Of a stretch of DNA of 64,000 nt, positions 52,896 through 63,729 are shown piece by piece. This stretch comes from Macrostomum lignano (lineage: Eukaryota), in NCBI GenBank assembly GCA_002269645.1, contig NIVC01001091.1, positions 228,289 through 292,288 of the forward strand, given 5' to 3'. Position 1 is the first letter of the stretch. Every line of letters begins with the position of its first letter. A model generated the notes under the pieces. That model ran no database searches. It saw only the letters and a program-made list of their open reading frames with translations, and was not told where the DNA came from. The position numbers were made by a program, and so were the translations under genes.

Positions 52896-53277
52896 CTCCC
52901 GATGAGGTCTGTCAGCTGCCGCAGCATCCCACCAGCAGCCTCCGCCGCAGCAGGGGGCCAACAGCGTGACTCCACCACAGGTGCGGCAGCCACATCAGCC
53001 CGGCGTAGGTCAGCAACCCTATCGCGAGGTCGCGGGTTCGAGTCCCAACCGGTTGCAGCAGCGGGCACAGCTGACTGAGAAACTCCATCGTCTGTTGACT
53101 GGCATTCTGACGATGGTCGAGCAGGCACTGGCCAGGCGAGGTCGCGAGTTCGATTCCGAACAGCCCGAACGACAGGCCCATCGGCCAGATGACGGAGAGG
53201 AGCTGGAGAAGGCGGTCCGGCAACAGTAGGATGCTGAACTTTGAATAATCATCAGGGGATTTGCTTCGTGAATGCAT
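52896..53277 (-). CDS. Pannexin-like channel, exon 1 (TM1, EL1, TM2), with an apparent 1-bp deletion at 52928-52930
   Basis: MHSRSKSPDDYSKFSILLLPDRLLQLLSVIWPMGLSFGLFGIELATSPGQC...FLSQLCP...AGLMWLPHLWWSHAVGPLL aligns by eye with Panx1 [30 protein letters not shown]..C...C...LLYLPPLFWRFAAAP; AG|GTAG donor at 52895. Confidence 0.72.
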
Positions 53278-53509
53278 GGCCTGGCGATGCAAATGCTTTT
53301 GGCTCTGCCTCGAGTTAAATATCCCACTTAGGCCGCTCCGCCATCCAATCGGAAAGGAAGGCAGCTCTTATTTAGAGCTGCTTTAAATCCTTAACGTGCT
53401 ACTGATTAAGTAGAAATACTGAAATTCTAATAGAATTTTCATTTACGAAATCAGTCAGTCAGACAGTCAGTCAGTCAGTCAGTCAGTCAGACAGTCGGTC
53501 AGTAACCCA

Positions 53510-54680
53510 CTCACTCACTCACATGAATTCACTCATGAACTCACTCATGAACTCACTCATGAACTCACTCACTCATGAACTTACTCATGAACTCACTCAT
53601 GAACTCACTCATGAACTCACTCATGAACTCACTCACTCATGAACTCACTCACTCATGAACTCACTCACTCATGAACTCACTCATGAACTCACTCACTCAT
53701 GAACTTACTCATGAACTCACTCATGAACTCACTCATGAACTCACTCATGAACTCACTCATGAACTCACTCATGAACTCACTCATGAAGTCACTCATGAAC
53801 TCACTCATGAACTCACTCATGAACTCACTCATGAACTCACTCATGAACTCACTCATGAACTCACTCACTCATGAACTTACTCATGAACTTACTCATGAAC
53901 TCACTCATGAACTCACTCATGAACTTACTCATGAACTCACTCACTCATGAACTCACTCATGAACTCACTCATGAACTCACTCATGAACTCACTCATGAAC
54001 TCACTCATGAACTCACTCATGAACTCACTCATGAACTCACTCACTCATGACCTCTCTCGAGAACTTACTCATGAACTCACTCATGAACTCACTCATGAAC
54101 TCACTCATGAACTCACTCATGAACTCACTCATGAACTCACTCACTCATGAACTTACTCATGAACTCACTCATGAACTTACTCATGAACTCACTCATGAAC
54201 TCACTCATGAACTCACTCATGAACTCACTCATGAACTCACTCATGAACTCACTCACTCATGAACTTACTCATGAACTCACTCATGAACTCACTCATGAAC
54301 TCACTCACTCATGAACTTACTCATGAACTTACTCATGAACTCACTCATGAACTCACTCATGAACTTACTCATGAACTCACTCACTCATGAACTCACTCAT
54401 GAACTCACTCATGAACTCACTCATGAACTCACTCATGAACTCACTCATGAACTCACTCATGAACTCACTCATGAACTCACTCACTCATGACCTCTCTCGA
54501 GAACTTACTCATGAACTCACTCTTGAACTCACTCATGAACTCACTCATGAACTCACTCATGAACTCACTCATGAACTCACTCACTCATGAACTTACTCAT
54601 GAACTCACTCATGAACTTACTCATGAACTCACTCATGAACTCACTCATGAACTCACTCATGAACTCACTCATGAACTCAC
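53510..54680. repeat. 12-bp satellite (GAACTCACTCAT)n, inverted array; preceded by (TCAG)n at 53452-53500
   Basis: About 95 units; the unit is the reverse complement of that in 51200-52110. Confidence 0.97.
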
Positions 54681-55034
54681 CAACAAAAATTTCCCGCTCC
54701 GAGGACACATTTTTCCGCGTGTTTCGCAACAGTATTTTAACGGAAACACTGGCGTGCTTGCTTTTCGAAATTCCAAATATTTATTAGCATAAAAATGCAT
54801 GCTGGGGCAGCTTCATTTAGGCGACTTAGTTTAGACATAAGCTTGTATTTTCCAACTGTTGAGCTCGTGACTCAGTCCAATATGGAAACGAATGCACTGA
54901 TGGAAGCAGCTGCCTTGCTCTGCTTGCTGCGGTCTGCCGCCGCGCAGGGGCTCCATCAACCAATTTCAATATCGAAGGTTGGGTGTTGCAAATTGATAAG
55001 AATCTTCTCTGAGCACAAGTCTTCCCTATACTCG

Positions 55035-55535
55035 ATTCGCCATTCCCCATACCTGATTCGCCATTCCCCACACCTGATTCGCCATTCCCCATACCTGATT
55101 CGCCATTTCCTGATTTCCGATACCTGAGTTCCCAGTTCCGATACCTGAGTTCCCATTTCCGATACCTGAGTTCCCATTTCCGATACCTGAGTTCCCATTT
55201 CCGATACCTGAGTTCCCATTTCCAATACCTGAGTTCCCATTTCCAATACCTGAGTTCCCATTTCCAATACATGAGTTCCCATTTCCAATACCTGAGTTCC
55301 CATTTCCAATACCTGAGTTCCCATTTCCGATACCTGAATTCCCATTTCCGATACCTGAGTTCCCATTTCCGATACCTGAATTCCCATTTCCAATACCTGA
55401 GTTCCCATTTCCGATACCTGAATTCCCATTTCCAATACCTGAGTTCCCATTTCCAATACCTGAGTTCCCATTTCCGATACCTGAGTTCCCATTTCCGATA
55501 CCTGAGCTCCCATTTCCGATACCTGAGCTCCCATA
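55035..55535. repeat. 21-bp minisatellite CCCATTTCCGATACCTGAGTT
   Basis: About 23 units. Confidence 0.94.
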
Positions 55536-56719
55536 CCTGGGCGGGGCCATCAAGGAATGCACTTTGGCTATATCAGCAAATAAAGTTTCAAAACAGCCTG
55601 CAGTTACAAATCAGTTTATCTGTGACACGAATCGAATTGACGATCCAAAATTAGCAGCTTAGGCGGCAATATAATTATCATATATATATTTATTAATTTC
55701 AGGCAGATAGCAAGTGCAGCAAACTGTGTGCGATGCTCAAATACTATAAACTGAGAACAAAAAAATAACTTTAAAGAATCGATTTCGAAAAAAGCAATGA
55801 ACGATTGATTAAAAACTCACTCACTCAATGAAGCCCGCTGAACAGCTGTATGACAACTGCAGTACAATATAAATCGTGATTCTTTCGTAAAAAAATTATT
55901 CACAAGCTGCTACTGATAGTAGAGGAGGCGAAATTTCTATAAATATGGCGAACTCTAATAAGTAAGGCCGACTAAATATGAGAAGATTATCTTCAGAGAA
56001 AAAGATGAGTTGTTTAAAAAAGCAGCATTACAGCTTCTGCCTCATCACAGCTACAGCACAGAACAGAATAGACAGATTTTGCAGAGGTAGAAAATGAACT
56101 GATTGCGTTGCTAGCGGGTGGGACCAGGACTTGACAATGGACATAAATTAACTTAATAAATAAGCGAAGCTTTTCAAGCGAGATTGCAGGCAAACAAGAG
56201 GCATTTATAAAATATAAAAGCCAAACTAAAAAACATTTTATTGCACAACGTTTAATTGATATAGCAGCGACAGTCGCGACTAGCTACTAACGCGAGTAGA
56301 AAGTGCAGCGAATTTCGCAATTAACTGACAAAAAAAACTGTATTTAATTTTCTTTAATTGCAAAAAAACAATTAACAGATTGTGTGAACGGCAGTTTATT
56401 AAAGCGATTAAATAAAAAGTTTGGTAAAAATGAGTCATAGAGAGACATATGTGTATGAGTAGGCATACAAGAGATCCGGAGCACAGGCAATTGACAAAAG
56501 CGTTAAAGCTGTTATGCACACACTGCCTGTAAGCTTTATTCACGAGTCTATTGTTATTAGTATTATTGATAAAATAAGCAGCAGCTAGTTAACGAAAAAA
56601 CGCATGCAAAATTTCAAAATTGATTAGAAAGTGTTCTAATTAATAGAAAAATAAAATTATTTTTCTATTGTATTTTTTAATTGTATAGATTTGAAATTGT
56701 CGAAAAACTAAAATCAAAC

Positions 56720-57235
56720 TATTCCTTGATTCTGAATTTGGGATTCGGAATTGGGATCGCCGTTGATTTGGGATTCGGAATTGGGATCGCCGTTGATTTG
56801 GGATTCGGAATTGGGATCGCCGTTGATTTGGGATTCGGAATTGGGATCGCCGTTGATTTGGGATTCGGAATTGGGATCGCCATTGATTTGGGATTCGGAA
56901 TTGGGATCGCCATTGATTTGGGATTCGGAATTGGGATCGCGGTTGATTTGGGATTCGGAATTGGGATCGCCGTTGATTTGGGATTCGGAATTGGGATCGC
57001 CCCTGATTTGGGATTCGGAATTGGGATCGCCCCTGATTCGGGATTCGGAATTGGGATCGCCGTTGATTTGGGATTGGAATTGGGATCGCGGTTGATTTGG
57101 GATTCGGAATTGGGATCGCCCCTGATTTGGGATTGGAATTGGGATCGCAGTTGATTTGGGATTCGGAATTGGGATCGCCCCTGATTTGGGATTGGAATTG
57201 GGATTGACGTTAATTTGGGATTCGGAATTTGGGAT
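56720..57235. repeat. 30-bp minisatellite GATTTGGGATTCGGAATTGGGATCGCCGTT
   Basis: About 17 units. Confidence 0.94.
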
Positions 57236-57505
57236 CACTAATTATCGGGAATTAATTTAATAATTCAAAACTTACCAAAAAAGTTCAATTTAAGTAGTTA
57301 TTCGAAAGCTGACGCAATCACACTAAGCAGAAACTACAGCATTAATAATAAAGTGCATCGATTTGGTGGCTACACACGCAATGTACTATCAACAGTAGTA
57401 GTGAAAATTATTACACTTTAGGGATTTTAGAGTATAAAAAACTAAACACACTGGAGGACTATGACAGTTATATAAGCGCATAATTTTTACACAACAGTAT
57501 AAAAC

Positions 57506-57637
57506 TCAAACGTCGCTCTCTTTAATCTCCAGTTCAGCAGCGGAGTTCGCCGTGCAGACGGCGTTCAAATTCTCTTCATCAATGGTGGCGTCGCCCTTGT
57601 CAAATCCCGTCTGCTGGTAGATGGCGTCGTTTAGGAA
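57506..57637 (-). CDS. Putative terminal exon of the minus-strand (ankyrin-like?) gene
   Basis: GC-rich island after a CCCGCAG acceptor; FLNDAIYQQTGFDKGDATIDEENLNAVCTANSAAELEIKESDV then stop. Its phase link to upstream exons is not resolved. Confidence 0.35.
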   Translation of the reverse strand, partial: FLNDAIYQQTGFDKGDATIDEENLNAVCTANSAAELEIKESDV

Positions 57638-57769
57638 CTGCGGGAATGCAGATTTCAAAATGAATTGTCGCTGGAATGTAGAGTGAAGTATTGATAGGAT
57701 TGGGAAATCTCTGTAATATGGACTTCTCAAATTAGCACCTGGAACGATAAGCGTGCGTGTCTATATGGG

Positions 57770-58160
57770 TAGTAGTTATCTCTGTGTGAGATTCTGGGTG
57801 AGATTATCTCTCTGTGTGAGATTCTGGATGAGATTATCTCTCTGTGTGAGATTCTGGATGAGATTATCTCTCTGTGTGAGATTCTGGATGAGATTATCAC
57901 TCTGTGTGAGTTTCTGGATGAGATTATCTCTGTGTGTGAGATTCTGGATGAGATTATCTCTCTGTGTGAGTTTCTGGATGAGATTATCTCTCTGTGTGAG
58001 ATTTCCGATGAGATTATCTCTCTGCGTGAGATTTCCGATGAGATTAATCGCTGTGTGAGATTCTGGATGAGTTTATCACTCTGTGTGAGATTTCTGATGA
58101 GATTATCTCGCTGCGTGAGATTCTGGATGAGATTATCTCTCAGTGTGAGATTTCGGATGA
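57770..58160. repeat. 30-bp minisatellite GAGATTCTGGATGAGATTATCTCTCTGTGT
   Basis: About 13 units. Confidence 0.92.
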
Positions 58161-58611
58161 GTGTTATGCTATACGATTATCATCTATAACATTATTCAAG
58201 AACAGACACCTGCAGTGAAAATCGGTGGTGTAAAATACAGACTCCCCCAGACCAGACACTATCGGTTTAAACTTATACTAAAAGTCCTTGCATCTGAAAA
58301 CAAAACAAATAAACATGACAAGTTTTGTCCACAGATCTTTGACAGTACAGACCCAGATAACAGTGCGGCCAAATCTATGTGAACATGTATGTACAAATTA
58401 TACATTTGATGCCGAAATAAATCTACATATTGTTTGCATAATAGTGCGTCAAAGGGAATTAAATAAAAACACTGAGTGTACTTCAGGAGTATGAAAACTC
58501 TAAAAACTTAAAATATGATTTGTTATTGTTTAAAATAGCGCTTATTGTTACACTAATTATCTGAATTATTAATATTGCATTTGTACAAAACTTGAAATCC
58601 ATCGACTTGGG

Positions 58612-59055
58612 CTGTCAGGTATGTTATTTTAGGTGTCAGGTGTTTATTTAGGGTGTCAAGTGAGTTTATTTTAGGTGTCAGGTGTTTCTTTAGGGTGTCA
58701 GGTGTGTTTATTTTAGGTGTCAGGTGTTTATTTTGGGTGTCAAGTGTGCTTATTTAGGGTGTTAGGTGTGTTTATTTACGGTGTCAGGTGTGTTTATTTA
58801 GGGTGTCAGGTGTGTTTATTTAGGGTGTTAGGTGTGCTTATTTACGGTGTCAGGTGTGTTTATTTAGGGTGTCAGGTGTGTTTATTTTAGGTGTCAGGTG
58901 TGTTTATTTTAGGTGTCAGGTGTTTATTTAGGTGTCAGGTGTGCCGATTTAGGGTGTCAGGTGTGTTTATTTAGGGTGTCAGGTGTGCCGATTTAGGGTG
59001 TCAGGTGTGTTTATTTAGGGTGTCAGGTGTGCCGATTTAGGGTGTCAGGTGTGTT
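58612..59055. repeat. About 22-bp minisatellite TTTATTTAGGGTGTCAGGTGTG
   Basis: About 20 units. Confidence 0.9.
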
Positions 59056-59469
59056 TCCAATTTAGATTTCAAAGTATTTTAATTGTTGTGTTTAATGCCA
59101 GTGGATAAACGGTTAGTTATAGAAAAATGAAACAGCTATTGAGACTAAACAGAGACTCAATCGCGTCCGAAACATCTACGGGGTTGCAGCAGCAGCAGAG
59201 GTGGACTAAATATTAGACAACACTGCCGCAGACTTACTCGCAGACGAGAAAACTTACTCATTGATGAGGCTCTTCATCATCAATCTTCTAAAAATGACCA
59301 ATTCAATCGAAGCAATTTTATTGGCTAATTTTTATTCCTTTGTCATCGATTCCGGATTATCGATTTTACTCTTCATGCAGCTCCTATTATTCCTGCGATG
59401 CCTTTTCCTACCCAATGACGACTTAATCTCTTATTCCTGCACCCTCCTTTCCTTTTCTTGCATACATGT

Positions 59470-60070
59470 AACTTCTTCGCTCTCTTCTCTCTCCCTTTCC
59501 TATCTCTTCTCCTCCTCTCCTCTCTCTCCTTCCTCTCTCCTTCTCTCCCTTTCCTCTCTCCCTCCTATCTCCCTCTCTCCCCTCTCCTCTCTCCCTCTCA
59601 TCTCTCCCTCCTCTCTCCCTCTCCCCTTTCCTCTCTTCTCCTCCTCTCTCCTTCTCTCCCCTTTCCTCTCTTCTCCTCCTCTCTCCTTCTCTCCCCTTTC
59701 CTCTCTTCTCCTCCTCTCTCATTCTCTCCCCTTTCCTCTCTTCTCCTCCTCTCCTTCTCTCCCCTTTCCTCTCTTCTCCTCCTCTCTCCTCTCCCTTTCC
59801 TCTCTCTTCTCCTCCTCTCCTCTCTCCCCTCATCTCTCCCCTCCTCTCTCCTCTCTCCCCTTTCCTCTCTTCTCCTCCTCTCTCCTTCTCTCCCCTTTCT
59901 CTCTCTCTCTCCTCCTCTCCTCTCTCCCCTCATCTCTCCCCCCTCTCTCCCTCTCTCCCCTTTCCTCTCCCCTTTCCTCTCTCCCTCTCTCCCTTTCCTC
60001 TCTCCCCTCCTCTCCTTCCTTTCCGCTTCACTAATCTCCCTCTCCTCCTTCATCTCTCTACTCTCCTCTC
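59470..60070. repeat. Polypyrimidine/polypurine (CT-rich) low-complexity tract
   Basis: About 600 bp almost free of G on the + strand. Confidence 0.92.
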
Positions 60071-60328
60071 ACTCCAGCTTCCTGATCTTCATCCGCCTCC
60101 AATTTCAAAGCCGCCCCATCCCACCGACCCCTCCAGCCCGGCCTCACCGATTCGTCCTCGCCCTCCCGGAGATCACCAGATTTCGCCGTGTAATTCGCGT
60201 CTCCCGCCGCACCTCGGGCACCCCGTTAATCTGAATGGGAATTGAAAGCGAGCAATAGAAATGATGCAGGAAAAGAAAGTAAATGAGAATCAGTGCCAGT
60301 TTTGTACTGGGTAGAAACACACACTCAC

Positions 60329-60551
60329 CGTTCTCTCCAAGAGCGGACCTCCGCCGTCTCCGGCGCCCACACCGCCGCCTCCGCTGTGAGTGTCGAAGCA
60401 GGGCGGTCCGTGGGTCGCGTGGCGATTCGACAACCTTGTTGGTGATCACTTTTCGAACCTGGCGCCTGCGAACCACCTTCTTGGTGATTCGGCTCCCGTG
60501 CTCGTCTGTGAAGGTCATGACCTCTTCTTCGGGCTCGCCGATCTCTTCGCT
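60329..60551 (-). CDS. Exon with an ankyrin C-terminal (obscurin-binding-like) motif
   Basis: AAATTCAG acceptor and G|GTGAGT donor; EEEVMTFTDEHGSRITKKVVRRRQVRK resembles ANK1 [23 protein letters not shown]. Confidence 0.5.
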
Positions 60552-60604
60552 CTGAATTTTGGAAGGTAAAAAATGACCTGACCACTCTGAACTCGGCCAC
60601 CGCT

Positions 60605-61115
60605 TGTCTGACAGGCTCATTGCCTATCTGAAAGGCTCACTGCCTATCTGACAGACTCACTATCATCTGACAGGCTCACTGTCTATCTGACAGACTAACT
60701 ATTAATCTGACAGGCTCACTGTCTATCTGACAGGCTCATTGCCTATCTGACAGACTCACTGCCTATCTGACAGACTCACTATCAATCTGACGGGCTCACT
60801 GTCTATCTGACAAGCTCATTGCCTATATGACAGGCTCACTGTCTATCTGACAGACTCACTATCTATCTGACAGGCTCACTGTTTATCTGACAGACTCACT
60901 GCCTATCTGACAGACTCACTGCCTATCTGACAGACTCACTATCTATCTGACAGACTCACTGTTTATCTGACAGGCTCACTGTTTTTCTGACAGACTCACT
61001 GTTTATCTGACAGACTCACTGTTTATCTGACAGGCTCACTGCCTATCTGACAGACTCACTGCCTGTCTGACAGGCTCACTGCCTATCTGACAGACTCACT
61101 GTTTATCTGACAGGC
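60605..61115. repeat. 20-bp minisatellite CTCACTGTCTATCTGACAGG
   Basis: About 25 units. Confidence 0.93.
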
Positions 61116-61284
61116 TCAGTCTTATATTAAGTGAATCGAAAACACTGAAAGGTGCTGTTATTGGCTAATGGCTTACACTGCCGAATAGCAAGCTGAAGAA
61201 CTGCTGAAGAGGCATGCAGAAACTACGACAATGCAAAAAATTAATAAGGGAACGGTGATCAACACTTTACTTACCCACTGCTTC

Positions 61285-61960
61285 CCCATCTCAGAAATCC
61301 AATTCTATTTCTCTTCATGTCAGAAATCCCATGTCATTTCTCCTCATCTCAGAAATCCCATTCTATTTCTCCACATCTCAGAAATCCCATTCTATTTCTC
61401 CACATCTCAGAAATCCCTTCCCATTTATCCAATCTCAGATATCCCTTCTCATTTATCCCAATCTCAGATATCCCTTCTCATTTCTCCTCATCTCAGAAAT
61501 CCATATCATATCATTTCCCTCATCTCAGAAATCGCATGTCATTTCTCCCATCTCAGAAATCCCATGCCATTTCTCCCCATCTCAGAAATCGCATGTCATT
61601 TCTCCCCATCTCAGAAATCCCATGTCATTTCTCCCCATCTCAGAAATCCCTTCCATTTCTCCCATCTCAGAAATCCCTTCCCATTTCTCCCCATCTCAGA
61701 AATCCCATGTCATTTCTCCCCATCTCAGAAATTATGTCATTTCTCCCAATCTCGGGAATCCCTTCCCATTTCTCCCCATCTCAGAAATCCCTTCCCATTT
61801 CTCCGCCCATCTCAGAAATCCCATGTCATTTCTCCCCATCTCAGAAATTATGTCATTTCTCCAATCTCGGAATCCCTTCCCATTTCGGCCCATCTCAGAA
61901 ATCCCATCCCATTTCTTTTTATCTCAGAAATCCCATCTCATTTCTCCCAATCTCGTCCCA
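61285..61960. repeat. About 29-bp degenerate minisatellite CCCATCTCAGAAATCCCATGTCATTTCTC
   Basis: Read directly. Confidence 0.88.
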
Positions 61961-62011
61961 ATCGCCCAAAAAGCCCCGTCCACTCCAAAGCAGAAAACCG
62001 CGCCAGCCTAC

Positions 62012-62164
62012 GTGAGTAACATAGGTTTTCTCCGTAGGCTGCAGGTCCAGATGGTGGTGATGACTGGGATAGCTGTCCCTGGCGGCAGTCCATGGGCACG
62101 GTGGGATAGCCGTAGGCTTGGCCAAGCTGTCATCGTACAGGCAGTAATCCTCATCGCCGGATTG
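62012..62164 (-). CDS. Putative upstream exon of the ankyrin-like gene
   Basis: CAAAATAG acceptor and CAC|GTAGG donor; phase 0-0 frame QSGDEDYCLYDDSLAKPT...TEKTYVTH joins in frame to the exon starting at 60551. Confidence 0.4.
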
Positions 62165-62464
62165 CTATTTTGTGAGTGCGGGATGAACAAAATCAGAAAT
62201 CATTTTATTTCACTGCGTTTTCATATCCGAATTCATATTGAAATTGCCTCTCTACTACTGAACATGCTACTTTTACAGTAGTATTGAGTGAAAATTCTAT
62301 TTAATGATGATTTCGAGTAGAGTGCACGATTTTGTTTAAATTGATTGATTTTGTGAAACGAACAACGCTCAAAAGGTAAAGTTTTTAATATAATTTTTGT
62401 GAAGCGACAAGCATAATTAAACAATTGATGATTATGATTACGAGCTATAAAAGTTACTCTTAAA

Positions 62465-63580
62465 AACCTCTCTCTAAATCTCTCCCATCCCCCTATTTTA
62501 ATCTCTCCGCCTCTCTGAATCTCCCGCTCTCTGAATCTCCACTCTGAATCTCCCCCTCTCTGAATCTCCCCTCTCTGAATCTCCCCGACCTGAATCTCCC
62601 CTCTCTGAATCTCCCCTCTCTGAATCTCCCCCTCTCTGAATCTCCCCGACCTGAATCTCCCCCTCTCTGAATCTCCCCTCTCTGAATCTCCCCTCTCTGA
62701 ATCTCACCTCTCTGAATCTCCCCCTCTCTGAATATCCCCTCTCTGAATCTCCCCCTCTCTGAATCTCCCCTCTGAATCTCCCCTCTCTGAATCTCCCCTC
62801 TGAATCTCCCCTCTGAATCTCCCCTCTGAATCTCCCCCTCTCTGAATCTCCCCTTCTCTGAATCTCCCCCCTCTGAATCTCCCCCTCTCTGAATCTCCCC
62901 TTCTCTGAATCTCCCCCTCTGAATCTCCCCCCTCTGAATCTCCCCGACCTGAATCTTTCCCTCTCTGAATCTCCCATCTGAATCCCCCTCTGAATCTCCC
63001 CCTCTCTGAATCTCCCCGACCTGAATCTTCCCTCTCTCTGAATCTCTCCTCTCTGAATCTCCCCCTCTGAATCTCCCCTCTCTGAATCTCCCCTCTCTGA
63101 ATCTCTCCCTCTCTGAATCTCCCCCTCTGAATCTCCCTCTCTGAATCTCCCCTCTCTGAATCTCCCCCTCTCTGAATCTCCCCTTCTCTGAATCTCCCCT
63201 CTGAATCTCCCCTCTGAATCTCCCCTCTCTGAATCTCCCCTCTTTGAATCTCCCCTCTTGAATCTCCCTCTCTGAATCTCCCTCTGAATCTCCCTCTCTG
63301 AATCTCCCCTCTCTGATCTCCCCTCTCTGAATCTCCCCTCTCTGAATCTCCCCTCTGAATCTCCCTCTCTGAATCTCCCCTCTGAATCTCCCTCTCTGAA
63401 TCTCCCCTCTCTGAATCTCCCTCTCTGAATCTCCCTCTCTGAATCTCCCCTCTCTGAATCTCCCCCTCTCTGAATCTCCCCTCTCTGAATCTCCCTCTGA
63501 ATCTCCCTCTCTGAATCTCCCCTCTCTGAATCTCCCTCTCTGAATCTCCCCTCTGAATCTCCCCCTCTGAATCTCTGAAC
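62465..63580. repeat. 15/16-bp minisatellite CTGAATCTCCCCTCT
   Basis: About 70 units; source of spurious ORFs 62493..63797 and 62498..63592. Confidence 0.95.
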
Positions 63581-63614
63581 CTGAAAGCTCAAGAACAGAG
63601 CCCGGCCGCCTCAC

Positions 63615-63729
63615 CTCATCCGGGTCTCCCGCACAGACACAGTCGGCTCGCCGCTCTCCAGAAAGCCGCCCGAGCGCCCGATGATGCTGGACGCCCGATG
63701 ATGCTCGTGGCTGCCATGCTCCGCGCCGA
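63615..63729 (-). CDS. Putative exon of the minus-strand gene, frame uncertain
   Basis: TTTTTGTAG acceptor and GAG|GTGAGG donor around a GC-rich island; two frames are open. Confidence 0.3.

Noticed and set aside
50933-54792. THEL/MNSL/MSEF repeat ORFs
   Set aside because: Artefacts of the 12-bp satellite, open in several frames on both strands.
58612-59055. Interstitial telomere
   Set aside because: At most one TTAGGG per 22-bp unit; there are no tandem telomeric hexamers.
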